From the NCBI RefSeq assembly GCF_011386835.1, contig NC_088801.1, forward strand, positions 56,916,001 through 56,980,000: a stretch of 64,000 nucleotides of DNA, given 5' to 3'. The notes beneath the pieces are model-generated. The model was not told the DNA's origin. It did no database searches and saw only the letters and a program-made list of their open reading frames with translations. The stretch is from Chrysemys picta bellii. Lineage: Eukaryota. How positions within the stretch are numbered: the first letter of the stretch is position 1; every line of letters begins with the position of its first letter. The translations under genes and the position numbers were made by a program. This document shows, piece by piece, positions 12,421 through 24,401 of this stretch.

Positions 12421-13854
12421 TGCCCCACACCATTAAAGCACCAAGTTCAGCATGGACAGGGAAGGAGAGATATACAAAATGAGTTCAATTGTCCCTACTC
12501 ATACTTGATGAATTGTGGTCTGTTTATTTGAGCAGCCAAATAAGGTCTCTGGCTACAACCCCACATGACTATTGCAAATTCCCGTCACAAGCCACATCTT
12601 TGCCACTTCCAGCTCAGTGGGCTACCACGTGTGACAGTGGCTACAGCACTTGATATACTGGGGCAGCTCACTCCTTGCAGACCCCCATCTTCTACTGCCC
12701 ATTCAGTGTATGATGGGTGGAGATGAGGTATGGCAAGACTAAGCCTTAAATCACTTCACATGCTAGAAAGCCAGGAGAGCTGTGAGCCAGCCATTGCGTG
12801 TGAACAAAGTTCCTTCACTCCCTACCTGGTTCACTTCTGACAAGGCTCCGAAAGGGAGCGATATAATATACCATGCCGCGTGTACGTTCCCATGTACCTG
12901 CAGCTTGATTACCACTGCAAACCTAGATTCTCCCAGCACATGGCAGCAAAAGGATTTTTCTCCAGGGCTTGCTCTCATGCCAAGACTTTTGTCCCCCTAA
13001 CATGAACAGGAAAAAGCCTCAAGACTTTCCAAAAACCTGCAAGGTTACTGTAATACCTGCTTGAGACATCACAGAAACTACCCAGCACAGACTAGATCCT
13101 TAAAGACCGGGTTAATGAGCCAATTCTCCCCCGGGTACACACTCACACCCCTCCTTGCACAGGTGTGAAGGGGAGAGTGGGAAACGTATCCTTCCTTCCT
13201 ACACACCACTGGGGCAGGCAAAATTTGGCGGGCTGCCTTAGGGAGTGTGGGCGGGAGAGTCCTAGCTAGCACTCGGTGCAGTGCTAGTAGCTGCAGAGAG
13301 GATATGTGTAAGATTGGCAAGGGTGAGGCTGTTTTAACTGGTATCCCAGGAGGGCTTGGAGGTTCCACCCAAAACCAGGGCGCCAGTGTGCTAAGCATTG
13401 TACACACGCAGCGACAGATGGTCCCTGCCCCCAAAGGGCTTCCAATCTACACGGACAAGACAGACAAAGGAAATGTCAGCTCGGCCATTTGACAAATGGA
13501 GAACTGCCCTGCGGTGTGCCGGTAGCAGAGCAGCCTGGGGAGCTAGAGCTGCACTTGCTGTGCAGCTCCCACTGCTCCGGTGCCTCTGGAGGCATTCTGC
13601 CGCCCAAAGGCAGGGTGTAGCTTGAGCTGCTCTCCCGCCGCTCCAAGTGTCCCCCCCCCCCCCCTCTCCCGGCTCCACAAAGACATACTGAGCCACATAC
13701 CGGAGATAGATAAGCAGGTGGTAATTCAAGGAACTTTCCCATTTAAAGCGACACATGCGGTAAGTGCTGTATTTTAGAAATATATTTTCAAGCAGCATGA
13801 ACAGCTCTGTAAAATATCTAGAGCCAGCTCCTTTGCTGGGGAAAAATCAACACA

Positions 13855-14030
13855 GGGCAGGTCTACACTGCAGCCTAAATTGGTATCACTTATGTTGCTC
13901 AGGGGTGTGAAAAAGCCCCCGAGCGACACCAGTTTTGTGCTGTCCACACGAGAGGTGGAGTAATTATCTTCACCAGATGCGCTACAGCGGTGCAGTTGCA
14001 TCGATATAGCCCTGGAGTGGAGACTTGTCC
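13855..14030. mobile_element. PIF/Harbinger-like MITE (GTCTACACT-type ends)
   Basis: Imperfect 19-bp TIR GGGCAGGTCTACACTGCAG / CTGGAGTGGAGACTTGTCC (15/19). No clean TSD (ACA / ATA). Confidence 0.65.
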
Positions 14031-15309
14031 ATAGCTCCACAGAAGTCCATGTTATTCATTACAGCTGAGTCCTAATTCTGTCACTTGGCTGTCAACACTC
14101 GATTAATTCAGTGGCTTTGGATCAGGCCTTTGACTCACAGCACGTATAATTGCCTAGCTACCGAAAGTAGGACCTGAGGCTTAAATCCACCAAGAGACAT
14201 ATTTGTGGGGCAGCCTTTCACCGGGTTAAATAAGCATTTCACACAGTATTAAACGTTTCTATTTCTTTTGACTGCTAATATTGGATACCACCCAAGTGCG
14301 TCCCTAATGACCACAATAATCATTCTTATCTGGATTGTAATCAGTGTCATATGCAACCTTATCACGCACACATCTCTGTAAACACATACTGTTTAAACAA
14401 ATGTAAGGTCACTAGGAACTACAGGATTTTCAAACACGTCAGTAAAACACCATTTTTCCTTGAGAGAGTTTAAAAAAGTAAAACCAAATCAAAACTTTTT
14501 TACTATGGGGGGGAAAAAAAAGATTTTGAGGCGCTCTTATTGAAATACAACTGTACGCAAAACTGATCTTTATAGTGATGGATGGGTCCCTTTGTGCAGA
14601 TAAAAGCCAGGTTTTAAATATTTCTTTTAATTGTTATTGTCTTTGTGCTCAAGGACTGGTTGTGGGAAAAATGCCATTCTCGGACCATAAAAATAAAAAG
14701 AAAATATAATAAAGCAGTAATTGGTCAATGATGATTGAACTAACAACTTTACAGTGCCAGTCAAACACACATAATAATTGCTCTTTGGACTCTTTATGAA
14801 GGTACGGTACTGTTTCATAAGACTAATCCAGCATTATAAATTCCCCATTTTATATCAGTTTCCACCATTATCACATAAGCCTTATGATAAATTATGTTAT
14901 TAAAGGTTCCTAATTTAGGCAAGATAATCCATGCTATAAATGAAAGGTTATCTATACCAAAGGTGGCTCAGATGCAAGTTGTCATTCAGATAATTAATAT
15001 TAAAAGAATCTCTAATTTTAAGTTTTGAATATCTTATGAATATTTGAGATTTGCAGCCTGCTTCTGCAGCAGAAAGCCAGACAGGTTATATGGGCTGCAC
15101 ACACTTGGGACTATTTTTTAAATTAATGCGGGCATCGGAATGATCTATGAGGTATTCTGGACAGTTCATTTAAATCCAAACATAAAAATTTACCAGCTTT
15201 CTTGGCTTTTTCCTGTTTCCATTTGAAGAAGAGCAGAGAATAGCTTCATAATTCTTCACTTAAAAAAAAAACCAAAAACAAGAGAAAAAGAGGCATTCCA
15301 AATTATTAG

Positions 15310-15600
15310 AATTTATTCCTTATCACTGTAGTTCCAGAAGGCCTCAACTGAGTTTGAGGCTGCATTGTGCAAGGTACTGTACAAACATTTAGTAAGAGAC
15401 AGTCTGTCCTGAATAACTTAAAACCTCGATAGACAAGACAGATGTCTGCAGAGAGAAACTAATTATTATCTCCTTTGTACAGGCAGGGAACTGCGATACA
15501 GAGAGAATAAATGATGTCCTAGGGTCACATAGTTCATGGCATAATGGGGAACATAACCCAAGTGATTGGAGTCCCAGTCCAGAGCTTTAAGAACAAGACC
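15310..15600 (-). mobile_element. MIR-type SINE with L2-like tail
   Basis: GTACTGTACAAACATTTAGTAAGAGACAGTC...GACAAGACAG tail, then a CORE-like TTTGTACAGGCAGGGAACTG...GGTCACATAG. Confidence 0.7.
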
Positions 15601-17023
15601 ATCATTAAAGCTCATGATACATTAAAGACAGAAAACTTCTCAATGTTCCTTTCATGTAAATCTAGATACAAAACTAAACCCCCAAACTCACATCTTACTA
15701 TTTTTTAAAATTTATCAAGAGAAGATCATAGCTGAATTTTCAGCATCAGGATAGGCTCACAGACAGTCCCTGTGGCAATTCTCCATCCTGGTTGAATTTT
15801 AACTTCCACGGTCTAATTTGTTCTGTGGGATTGGCAAGGAAATCAGCCCTCCACCTCAGAGAAATTGCACGAGGTCCTTCCTATGTTGGTCAATTTGATA
15901 ATTTCACAGCATCTGTCAAGTACGCTAATAAAGTTCTCAGGAGATAGGTTTGTGATCTTTATTGAATTGCATATAAAGACAAAGGGCCTGACTCTTCACT
16001 GCCTTGCACTGCCAGGCGTAGTCATACCTGCGTGGAAAGGGTGAGCAGCCTTTTAAATCCCCTTTGCACAGGCATAAATGGCCACTCAAGATGCAAGACA
16101 GCTCAGAATCGGACCCACAATATCAGCAGGCCTTGTACTGTACTACTAGCTTGAACTGGTATGACCCCTCCCCATTTTGGTGCAATGAAGGAAGCAATCT
16201 TGTATTTCCCTGAGCACAGGCTCTACAATCGTGGGAGGACTTTGAACGATGCGCACAAGAAGGGCAGGGGGAGGGAAGGTGGAACTCCTCACACATCCTC
16301 TCTTCCGCCATCATGCAAGCTCCTTTCACAATCTGGCTCTAATAGGTGTATGTAAACTCACCTGAAAAGTTACCTTTGTTATTTGTCACCCTTTTCTCTG
16401 TAAAAAATACTTCTGTAAACAAAAGTCACCATGGGTACTCGCTGCAATTTTGTTTGTCTTTAATAAAAGTAACTCCATTTCAACTCTGTGAAAGGGCAGA
16501 TTAAATTTGAAATCCATTCACAAAATGAAACTTGTGAAAGGTGATGTGGAAGCTGCTCCTTTAGCTGTTCAGAAACACCAAGATGAAAACATAACATCTA
16601 AGGCATTCTAGCAGTACTAGAAAGTGTAACAGCACCTGCAGCCCCGTAGAAATAATTGCAATAGAATCCTGGGGAGAAAGCTAACCCAGTATCCTGTCTC
16701 TGGCTGTGATCTGTACTGACACCAGAAATTCTGTTTTGCAAAGAATTTTGAGATTTAGAAATTTGGCTCCATTCCAAATCAGAATGAAAAACGAAAATTC
16801 CAAAATTCTCCCCACACAAAAACTTCTGAAAAAAAATTGTTTGGAGTCAATCAGAACATTTCACTTTTGACTTTGTTTTTTATTAAGCATTATAATATAT
16901 TAATATAAAAATACTAAATGAAAAGACATTTCAAAAGGAAAAATCAAAACGTTTCATTCTGAAAATGTCAAAACAGGACGCTTTCTGAAACAAAATTCCA
17001 GTGAAATCGACCTCATTCTGTGG

Positions 17024-17118
17024 CCTGAAGAAGAGCTCAGTGTAAGCTAGAAAGCTTGTCTCTCTCACCAACAGATGTCGGTCCAATAAAAGATATTACC
17101 TCACCCACCTTGTGTGTC
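17024..17118 (+). mobile_element. Penelope-like element terminal fragment, inserted in an AT-rich repeat
   Basis: AAGCTTGTCTCTCTCACCAACAGATGTCGGTCCAATAAAAGATATTACCTCACCCACCTTG is the reverse complement of the segment at 55355-55412 and matches the recalled turtle PLE terminus. Confidence 0.8.
17025..17060 (+). ncRNA. Minimal type-I hammerhead ribozyme motif (PLE-associated), helix I truncated
   Basis: CTGAAGA (17025-31) + A + helix II GAGCT-cagtgta-AGCTA + GAAA (17050-53) + GCTT^GTC. Helix III is reduced to the palindrome AAGCTT. Confidence 0.7.
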
Positions 17119-18257
17119 TGATTTTGTGAAGCATTTTGATTTCAATGGAACTACATATTCTGACAAAATATTGTCTAAGGTTCTCAGACAAACTCAACAA
17201 AGAACAGATGCTTTAGAAAAAGAGGCAAAGACCTACAGAGGGCAATTATGGAATAATCTGCCCATACATGAAGTTTCTCCCTAAACCTACGCAGCTCGTG
17301 TCTGGCTCATGCCTTCTCATGCAACACCAACAGAAATGTTAACACAGGGCTAGGTTTTTACAGGTATTTAGGCACCTAATTCCCACTGAAATCAGGAGTT
17401 AGACACCTAAATACTTTTTAAAATTTGGCCCTAAATATAGGACCAGTTCCTGCCTAGTGCAACCCATTAAAGACAATGGACACCATCCTGACTATACAGA
17501 AGTTGATGGCAAAACTCCCATGGACTTCAGCTGATCCAAGATTTCCCCCAAGTATAATTTAGAGCCACAAGGACCAGTGAAATCTGGTGATGATGCATGA
17601 GCAGGGATGATGCATGAGACCAGCTTGGCACTCGGATCCCATTTTGAGTTTGCAGGGCTGGCAGTTAGGGAAAAAATAAGAACAATTTTTAATTGTAAAC
17701 TGAGCAAATAGGATACGAACATTGAAAGACAAACAAGGGCTGGATCATCTGGGCTGGCTGATTTGTGCTGTTCTGGCAATGCAAAGAAGCCAGCAACCCA
17801 GTGGATCCAACTTCCTCCTAATTTGTTAAATCCTCACATGGTGCGAGGCCAGCATAGTAGCTCCTCTGCTACTCCTCTCCCAGCCCCAGCCTTACTGGGA
17901 TAGCCGGGGGAATAGGAATTCCTATGCCGCTGTGATCCTCAGACTGGGGGCAGTTGGGTGCAAGCTAGAGCATCCCTGAGCCTGTTCTATCTTATACTAG
18001 GGAATATCTCTGCTATAGGCGAGGCAGATGATCAGCGAGCTGAATAGGTAACTTAAAGCCATTTCTGTGCCTTCACCTCCTGAACTGCGCTGAGTGCAAC
18101 ATGGATGGAGCTCAGGTTCTGGCCCTCTATTTAGAACAGGGTTTATATGTTATGGGCCTGCTTGTATAGAGATCAGAGGGAATTTTTCCATTGATTCAAA
18201 TGATATCTGGGTCAAGGCTCATAAAATATATGAAAACACACACACACACACACACAA

Positions 18258-18358
18258 TTTATCTGTGTTGCAGTAGTGCTTAGGGGCCTCAGTCAGGAAT
18301 CAGGACCCCATTGTAGTAAGCAGGCACTATACAAACACAGAACCAAAAGATAGTCTGT
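18258..18358 (-). mobile_element. L2/MIR-type 3' tail fragment
   Basis: GTGCTTAGGGGCCTCAGTCAGGAATCAGGACCCCATTGTAGTAAGCAGGCACTATACAAACACAG, similar to the tails at about 15360 and 29950 and to the reverse-oriented copy at about 59020. Confidence 0.65.
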
Positions 18359-20699
18359 TATTGAGATATCATATATACATAGGTCCACACACAATGAGGT
18401 GATATTGGTGTGAGAAACTGCAGCTTTATGTCAATAAAACCTTTAGAGTAAATTACCAAATCTCGTGTTTTACTTTGTATACCTGGATCTCTCAAAACAA
18501 GGCCTATATTTAAGCTTTACACTCATTTGCATGAGTTTCAGGTAAATGGCGAAAAAAAACAGTTTAATTCCTTGTGTGCCACGCTCCGTCCACACACACT
18601 GGTGCCACGAGGTTTATCATGGCATTGCAAGTGACAGCTCATTGGGATATGGGTCAAATCCAGAAGGTGCACATGCATCTGCCCAGTGGAAACATTGTGC
18701 TTGCACTTCATAAACGAGTTAGAGAGAGCAGAGCCCTTATCAAGGATTCCACACCCTAGAGGAGCTGCCCATGGCAGCTTTCCCACCCACCAGAAGACAA
18801 AAGTGAATAGTAGAAGCGCCTCCGTTAGAGGAGGACAGGACAGCAGGCCTTATCCATCACTCTTCCAAACCATGCCACAGAGTTGCAAGCTTCTGGAATT
18901 TGCCCTTTTTTTTTTTAATCTCAGGATTTGGTCCATGATGCACTATTTATGCAAACTCACCAACAGGAGTTACGAACTGCAAAACTTGCCCCACATACGC
19001 ACAGAGCCCTGACGGGGTTAAAACAGCAGCTTTCCTCCGCACCAAACGTAACCAGAAAAATTATTCAAAGGAGACCTTGTCACATAGTAAAGTATAAAGC
19101 TAGACGAAACACAGCAAGGAGAGAGGAAGGATTCATTGTACCCCATTGGCTGTTGAAATATGCCCGAATGTCAGCGTTAGAACTGAAGCGTCTGTTTATT
19201 GGTCACAGTACAAACTTTCCCAGTGACCCTCAGACCTGACCTCGAATGACAACTTTGGGGGTGAAGGTGTGGTACACTCTTCCCTCTGGGCCCATTCAGC
19301 CCCAGATCTCTGCTGAGACTAACAGCAACCCTGCCAACTGGCATAAGGACGCCTGTCTACTAGGAAGTGGACTGAGACCAACAACCCATTTCATATAGAC
19401 TTTTGAATTGCCATCAGACAGCACTGACATTTTCACATTAATCATCTCCATTGGGTTTGAACCGGCAACCTAATGGTGAGGAATCCACTGTATCCCATTA
19501 ACATCCTCTATGCCATCCTGCCCCACAGCACTCAGAAACATAGTAGGATTTTAAAAAAGCTGGCTATTGACATTCTAAATGGCGAATGCTTATTGTACTG
19601 ATCAAAATATATATTTGCTCTGGGTGGGCCACGAGTCGCAAACATCAAGGCTTCTGTTTCGCTGCTGTGCCAAAACCTATAAAGTGTAAAGCTCGACCGA
19701 GCATCAACGCAGCACTAACGCAGAAGCCTTGACTCTCGAGACTACTGAATAGCTGGATTAAATAAACACTTGAAAAATACCTCTAACGCGGTTAATAAAA
19801 CATTGAAATGATAAAGAATTGCACAAGAGAACCTTTGTCTCCTGCTCTGCCGTTTTTTATTTTCATATTACTTTTTTTTAAATGGCAAAATGCTTGTGAA
19901 ATAATTATAACAAACCCACCCACCAACCATGAAAATGGAGAGGTAAATTATATTTCAAGCTGAGTTTGAAATTAATTATATTGGACACTTGCTAGCTGGC
20001 TAGAAGCTCACCGGCCCCACACAGACACATTTCATCTCTGGCAAGACAGGGAAGAGGAGGAAGAAAAAAGAAGGAAAGATGAGAGGGAGAAAAGCAGAGG
20101 AAAAGGAGATAAGATGCAAAGACATCTGTGGTAGACAAAATTGCATATCGTTTGAATTTCAAAATTTTCAAACGAAAAAGATACCTTTTTCACAAAAAAA
20201 TGATCCCATTTTAGACCAACTCCACTTGAAAATTAGCTAGATGGCGCTACAGGATATCAACACATCACAATCAGTAATGGATTTTAACCTCACAACATCC
20301 CTGTGGTGAGGTCTCAGTGGAAGATTTTTAACGTGCATTTTAAGGCCTGAAGTAGTGGTGCAAGCCCTAGCGATTTTATCACAAAATTGTGTTTTTCTTC
20401 AAGCCCCAGCTGCTGGAGTCATGTGATAATCTGAAAATCCCAGCTTGCATTAAAATAAAGCTTCAGCATTCATACTTAATGCATAAAACAAAACAAAGTT
20501 TTAGCACATGATTGGGGACAAAAGTCTTGAAAACACGAACACACAAGAACCAGACAGCAAGTGATAAGAGCCCCAAATGTATTATTTTTTAAATCTGATG
20601 AGTTTTAAGCCAATGTCATCATTTGGGAGGGTCTGCCTCATGATTTTTTAATAACTGGGGCTGGCAATAATGCAGAAGGGGCCACTATGATCATTTAGT

Positions 20700-20900
20700 C
20701 TGCCCGACTGCATAAAACAGACCGTAGCATTGCCAACAAAGTAGTTTTGTTCCCATTTTACAGATGGGGAATTGCAGCACAGGGTAACACCCTGCACCAT
20801 CTCTTTGTGGGCATCTAGCTCCAAAGTGCGTGCTGGCCCATTGTGACCAGTGACTTGCCCAAGGTCACACAAGAAGTCTATGGCAGAGCCCTCCTGTGTC
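20700..20900 (-). mobile_element. MIR-type SINE carrying a 59-bp foreign insertion (20792-20850)
   Basis: CCCATTTTACAGATGGGGAATTGCAGCACAG ... TGACTTGCCCAAGGTCACACAAG. The CORE is split by a segment that also occurs at 21587-21645. Confidence 0.8.
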
Positions 20901-21915
20901 CCAGTCCAGAACCCTACGAACTAGACTATCCTTCCTCCCCTATTACTTAGCTGGATTGTGCTGTTGCTCTGCATCAGTTATACTAAACAACATTTTGGCA
21001 ATGCACATAGCTACTGTCCCACCTCCATCTCCTTCTGCACATCTGCCCTGCCTCGGGCAGCCTGTATTGCCTTTTAACAAACTAGTTGTGTATGTTTGAA
21101 AGCTATATTCTTGCTGTCACAGGGGCCAACTCTCAGGAGGTCTGTAAATCAGGAAGGAGCAGAGAGCTGAAGGCTGTAATGGAAAGTAGCAAGAGATGAG
21201 AATCTCTTTAATTGGCAGAGGGGGCTGCGAGGGAAGGTAATAGAGAAAGATGATAGGGATGGAAACTGGTGATGTTTAAAATGTCTCTTGGGAGCTGGTG
21301 GGCTCGAACTTTCAAAAGCCCATAGGGGTGCATTCTCCCTTCCCTCACATCCCACCTCCACCCCATGTGAGGGGCAGAGGAGCACAGAGACGACTACAAC
21401 CCCCCCCCCACCCCCAGGTGTAAACTGTCCCAAAGGGGATGGGGAGGAGCAGAGCCCTGGCCTTTGTCCACTTCTGCAATGGTCCCTGTAGGTGGCAGGT
21501 GCACTGCAGACAGCAGCCCACACTAGCCGGGCCTGTGCACTGAGGGGCTTGAAGCATGATTGTCTCCTCATCCAGAAGGGGCAGCTCTGCACCATCTCTT
21601 TGTGGGCATCTAGCTCCAAAGTGCATGCTGGCCCATCGTGACCAGAATGATTGGTTGTAGTCCAATAAAGAAGCCAGCATTTTGCACCCAGCTTTAACTC
21701 GAAATTTCCTGTGAACTAAGGATGGCATTGTTGCAAGAAGCACTCAGCACTAACCTCACTCTGCTCCCATTGATGTCAGTGGTAAAACTCCCATTGATGT
21801 CAATGGGAGCAGAGTTGGGCCAACATCGGCTGCTTTTGAAAATATCATCCTAGAAATCTCCAGGGTGTAAAGAATAAAACAAATATGAACTTTCTAGACT
21901 AACTTGTCTTGAAGA

Positions 21916-21999
21916 CCAGTATCAGAGGGGTAGCCGTGTTAGTCTGAATCTGTAAAATCTGAATCTGTAGTCTTAAAGGTGCCACAGGACCCTCTGTTG
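21916..21999. mobile_element. 84-bp PLE terminal mini-insertion with internal inversion
   Basis: GTATCAGAGGGGTAGCCGTGTTAGTCTGAATCTGTAAAA followed by the oppositely oriented AGTCTTAAAGGTGCCACAGGACCCTCTGTTGC. Both resemble the PLE end at 38933-39005. Flanked by the direct repeat CTTGTCTTGAAGA (21903-21915 and 22000-22012). Confidence 0.8.
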
Positions 22000-23505
22000 C
22001 TTGTCTTGAAGATACTTTAAAAAAAACCTGAAACATCTCATTATTCGAAATTCCTTTTCTCAAAAATGCATCAAATGACCTGAACCTTTCCTCCAAAATG
22101 TCTCCATTGGACACAAACAACACACAGATACGTCAAGCGGAAAAGAGGGATATTTTTAGGAGGTTTAAAATTGGATATAATGAAAAGCAAGCTACAGCCA
22201 TAACTAGGGAGTCTTTTCCCATGACTCCAGCTTATAAGGCAGGGGTAGTCTATTTTTTGTCAAAGTCCAAATTTCTTAGCCAAAGTATAGTCAAGGTCCA
22301 GACTCCAGAGAAAACAACAATAACGATAACAACAAGTAAATAAAAAGATTTTGGGGTCCGTTCAAAAGCATCTGGATTTGGCCTGTGGTCCACCTATTGA
22401 CTATCCCATTATAAGGCAAGAATGACAAAAGTGTGCCAACAACGATGAAAGAATACAGCTCCCCAAAAAAGTGAAAAAATTTTCATCGAAATTTCAAGAA
22501 ATTCCAGGCCGCACAACATAATAAAACATTGCTTCAAGGACTCACCTGTGACATGACCGCTTTTCCCAGGATTTTAATTTGACAGGATATTTCCTCCCAG
22601 AATATTTATGGGCCAAGACAACTTGCACTGGACAGCTCTGTCTGGTTGGCTGATAACATCCAAACACTTTGGTTGGTTGTCTTTCCAGTATTTATCTGGG
22701 GCTCATGTTATCTATAGCTGTTAATTCACAGGGCCAAAGCCTTTTATAAGGCTATAGAGAGAACTTTTGTATTCTCTCTGAGTCTACTTGAAATATTTCC
22801 ATCCCAGCACTAGATAATCAATATTTATTTTTCATGCTCTTTTGTATTGCTTTTCAACTGTTATTTATTATGAATCTTTCATGATCAGCTTCGATGTCCT
22901 TTTTAGCAAGCAGACAAATGATCAGAGAAAGCCGTGTGTAGACAGCAAAACAGACGAACAGAAAGGAGGGAAGTGAGGATGCTGTTTCAAATAAGGCCAG
23001 GAACATAAAATATAATTATATAATGATGACTGTTCCCACCCTGATGAGTGAGCTAAGAGGCTGCTACAGTCTGAACAAGCTGCAAGCTCTAGAGACAGCG
23101 CTGTAAGCCCTGCTCAGAGGGAATTATAGTAATCAAGTCCTGTGGTAACAAAGGCATGAGCTGATGTTGAGATGTCACCATGGGATGATAAAGGACAACC
23201 ACAGCCTGCGCAAATTCCACAACCAAAAAAGCCTTTGGTACCACATCTAACACATGACTTTCCATGGAAAGGGCATGCTCAAAAGTGTTGCCAAGACTCT
23301 CAGCCTTACTTCTTTCTTTGTACATTCCTTCCCACTACAAACAAAGGAAGAGCATCCTGGTAAAATAATTACCTGTATCTAGCAGCAAGACTCCTTTATT
23401 CACAGGGTTGAAGAGAAGTTTGTGCTGACACATACATCTGGCAATATCATCCAAAGATTCCTTCAGAACACAGAACTTACAAGGTCCACTGAGGAGGAGA
23501 TACCA

Positions 23506-24250
23506 CAGGGACGGGCAAACTTTTCGGCCTGAGGGCCACATGGGGTTTCAGAAATTGTATGGAGGGGCAGTTAGGGAAGGCTATGCCTCCCCAACAGGCA
23601 GGCGTGGCCCAGCCCCCATCCCCTATCCAACCCCCCCGCTTCTCGCCCCAGACGGCCCCCCGGGACTCCTGCCCCATTCACCCCCCCTGCTCCCGGTCCC
23701 CTGGACCTCCCACCCCAACTGCCCCCTGCTGCCCCATCCAACCCCTCCTCTCATTCCTGACTGCCCCCTGGCACCCCTGCCCCATCCACCCCTCCTGCTC
23801 CCTGACCACCAACGGAACCCCCGCCCCCATTCAACCCCCCTGTTCCCCGCCCTCTGACCGCGCCAACCCCTATCCACACCCCTGGCCCCTGACCACCCCC
23901 CAAACTCCCCCGTCCTCTATCCAACCTCCCTCCCCCGCTCCCTGCCCCCTTACCGCGCTGCCTGGAGCACCGGTGGCTAGCGGCTTGGCTGCACCATGAC
24001 AGGCAGCCGCGTTGCCCGGCTGGAGCCAGCCATGCACTGTGCAGCACAAAGCACTAGGTCAGACTGGGCTCTGCAGCTGCACTGCCCCAGGAGCTCACAG
24101 CACCACCACCCAGAGCATTGCACCCACAGCAGTGAGCTGAGGCTGCGGGGGTGGGAGGACAGCAGAGGAGGGGCTGGGGGCTAGCCTCCCGGGCCAGGAG
24201 CTCAGGGGCCGGGGAGAATGGTCCCACAGGCCGTAGTTTGCCCACCTCTG
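23506..24250. mobile_element. Non-autonomous hAT (Charlie-like) element, 745 bp
   Basis: TIR CAGGGACGGGCAAACT / AGTTTGCCCACCTCTG. 8-bp TSD AGATACCA / AGACACCA (7/8). C-rich internal repeats. Confidence 0.9.
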
Positions 24251-24401
24251 AGACACCAGTATATTAATGTCTACCAACAGCCATACTAGTGATACTCTTT
24301 CTTCCGCTTACAAATGACCTTGCCAAGTGGTTTCATGTCTCTGTTGAACAACATTGCGGGACAGCATAACACAACTGGCCACCTGACACCTGCCTTTTAA
24401 G

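Noticed and set aside
21755-21820. Short CCCATTGA(C/T)(G/T)TCAATGGG-type palindromic elements, recurring at about 17350, 36140, 37800, 47400, 47950 and 63430
   Set aside because: Abundant old palindromic MITE-like repeats. I cannot define their boundaries or family reliably.
23540-24277. Pro/Gly-rich ORFs
   Set aside because: Low-complexity interior of the hAT MITE.
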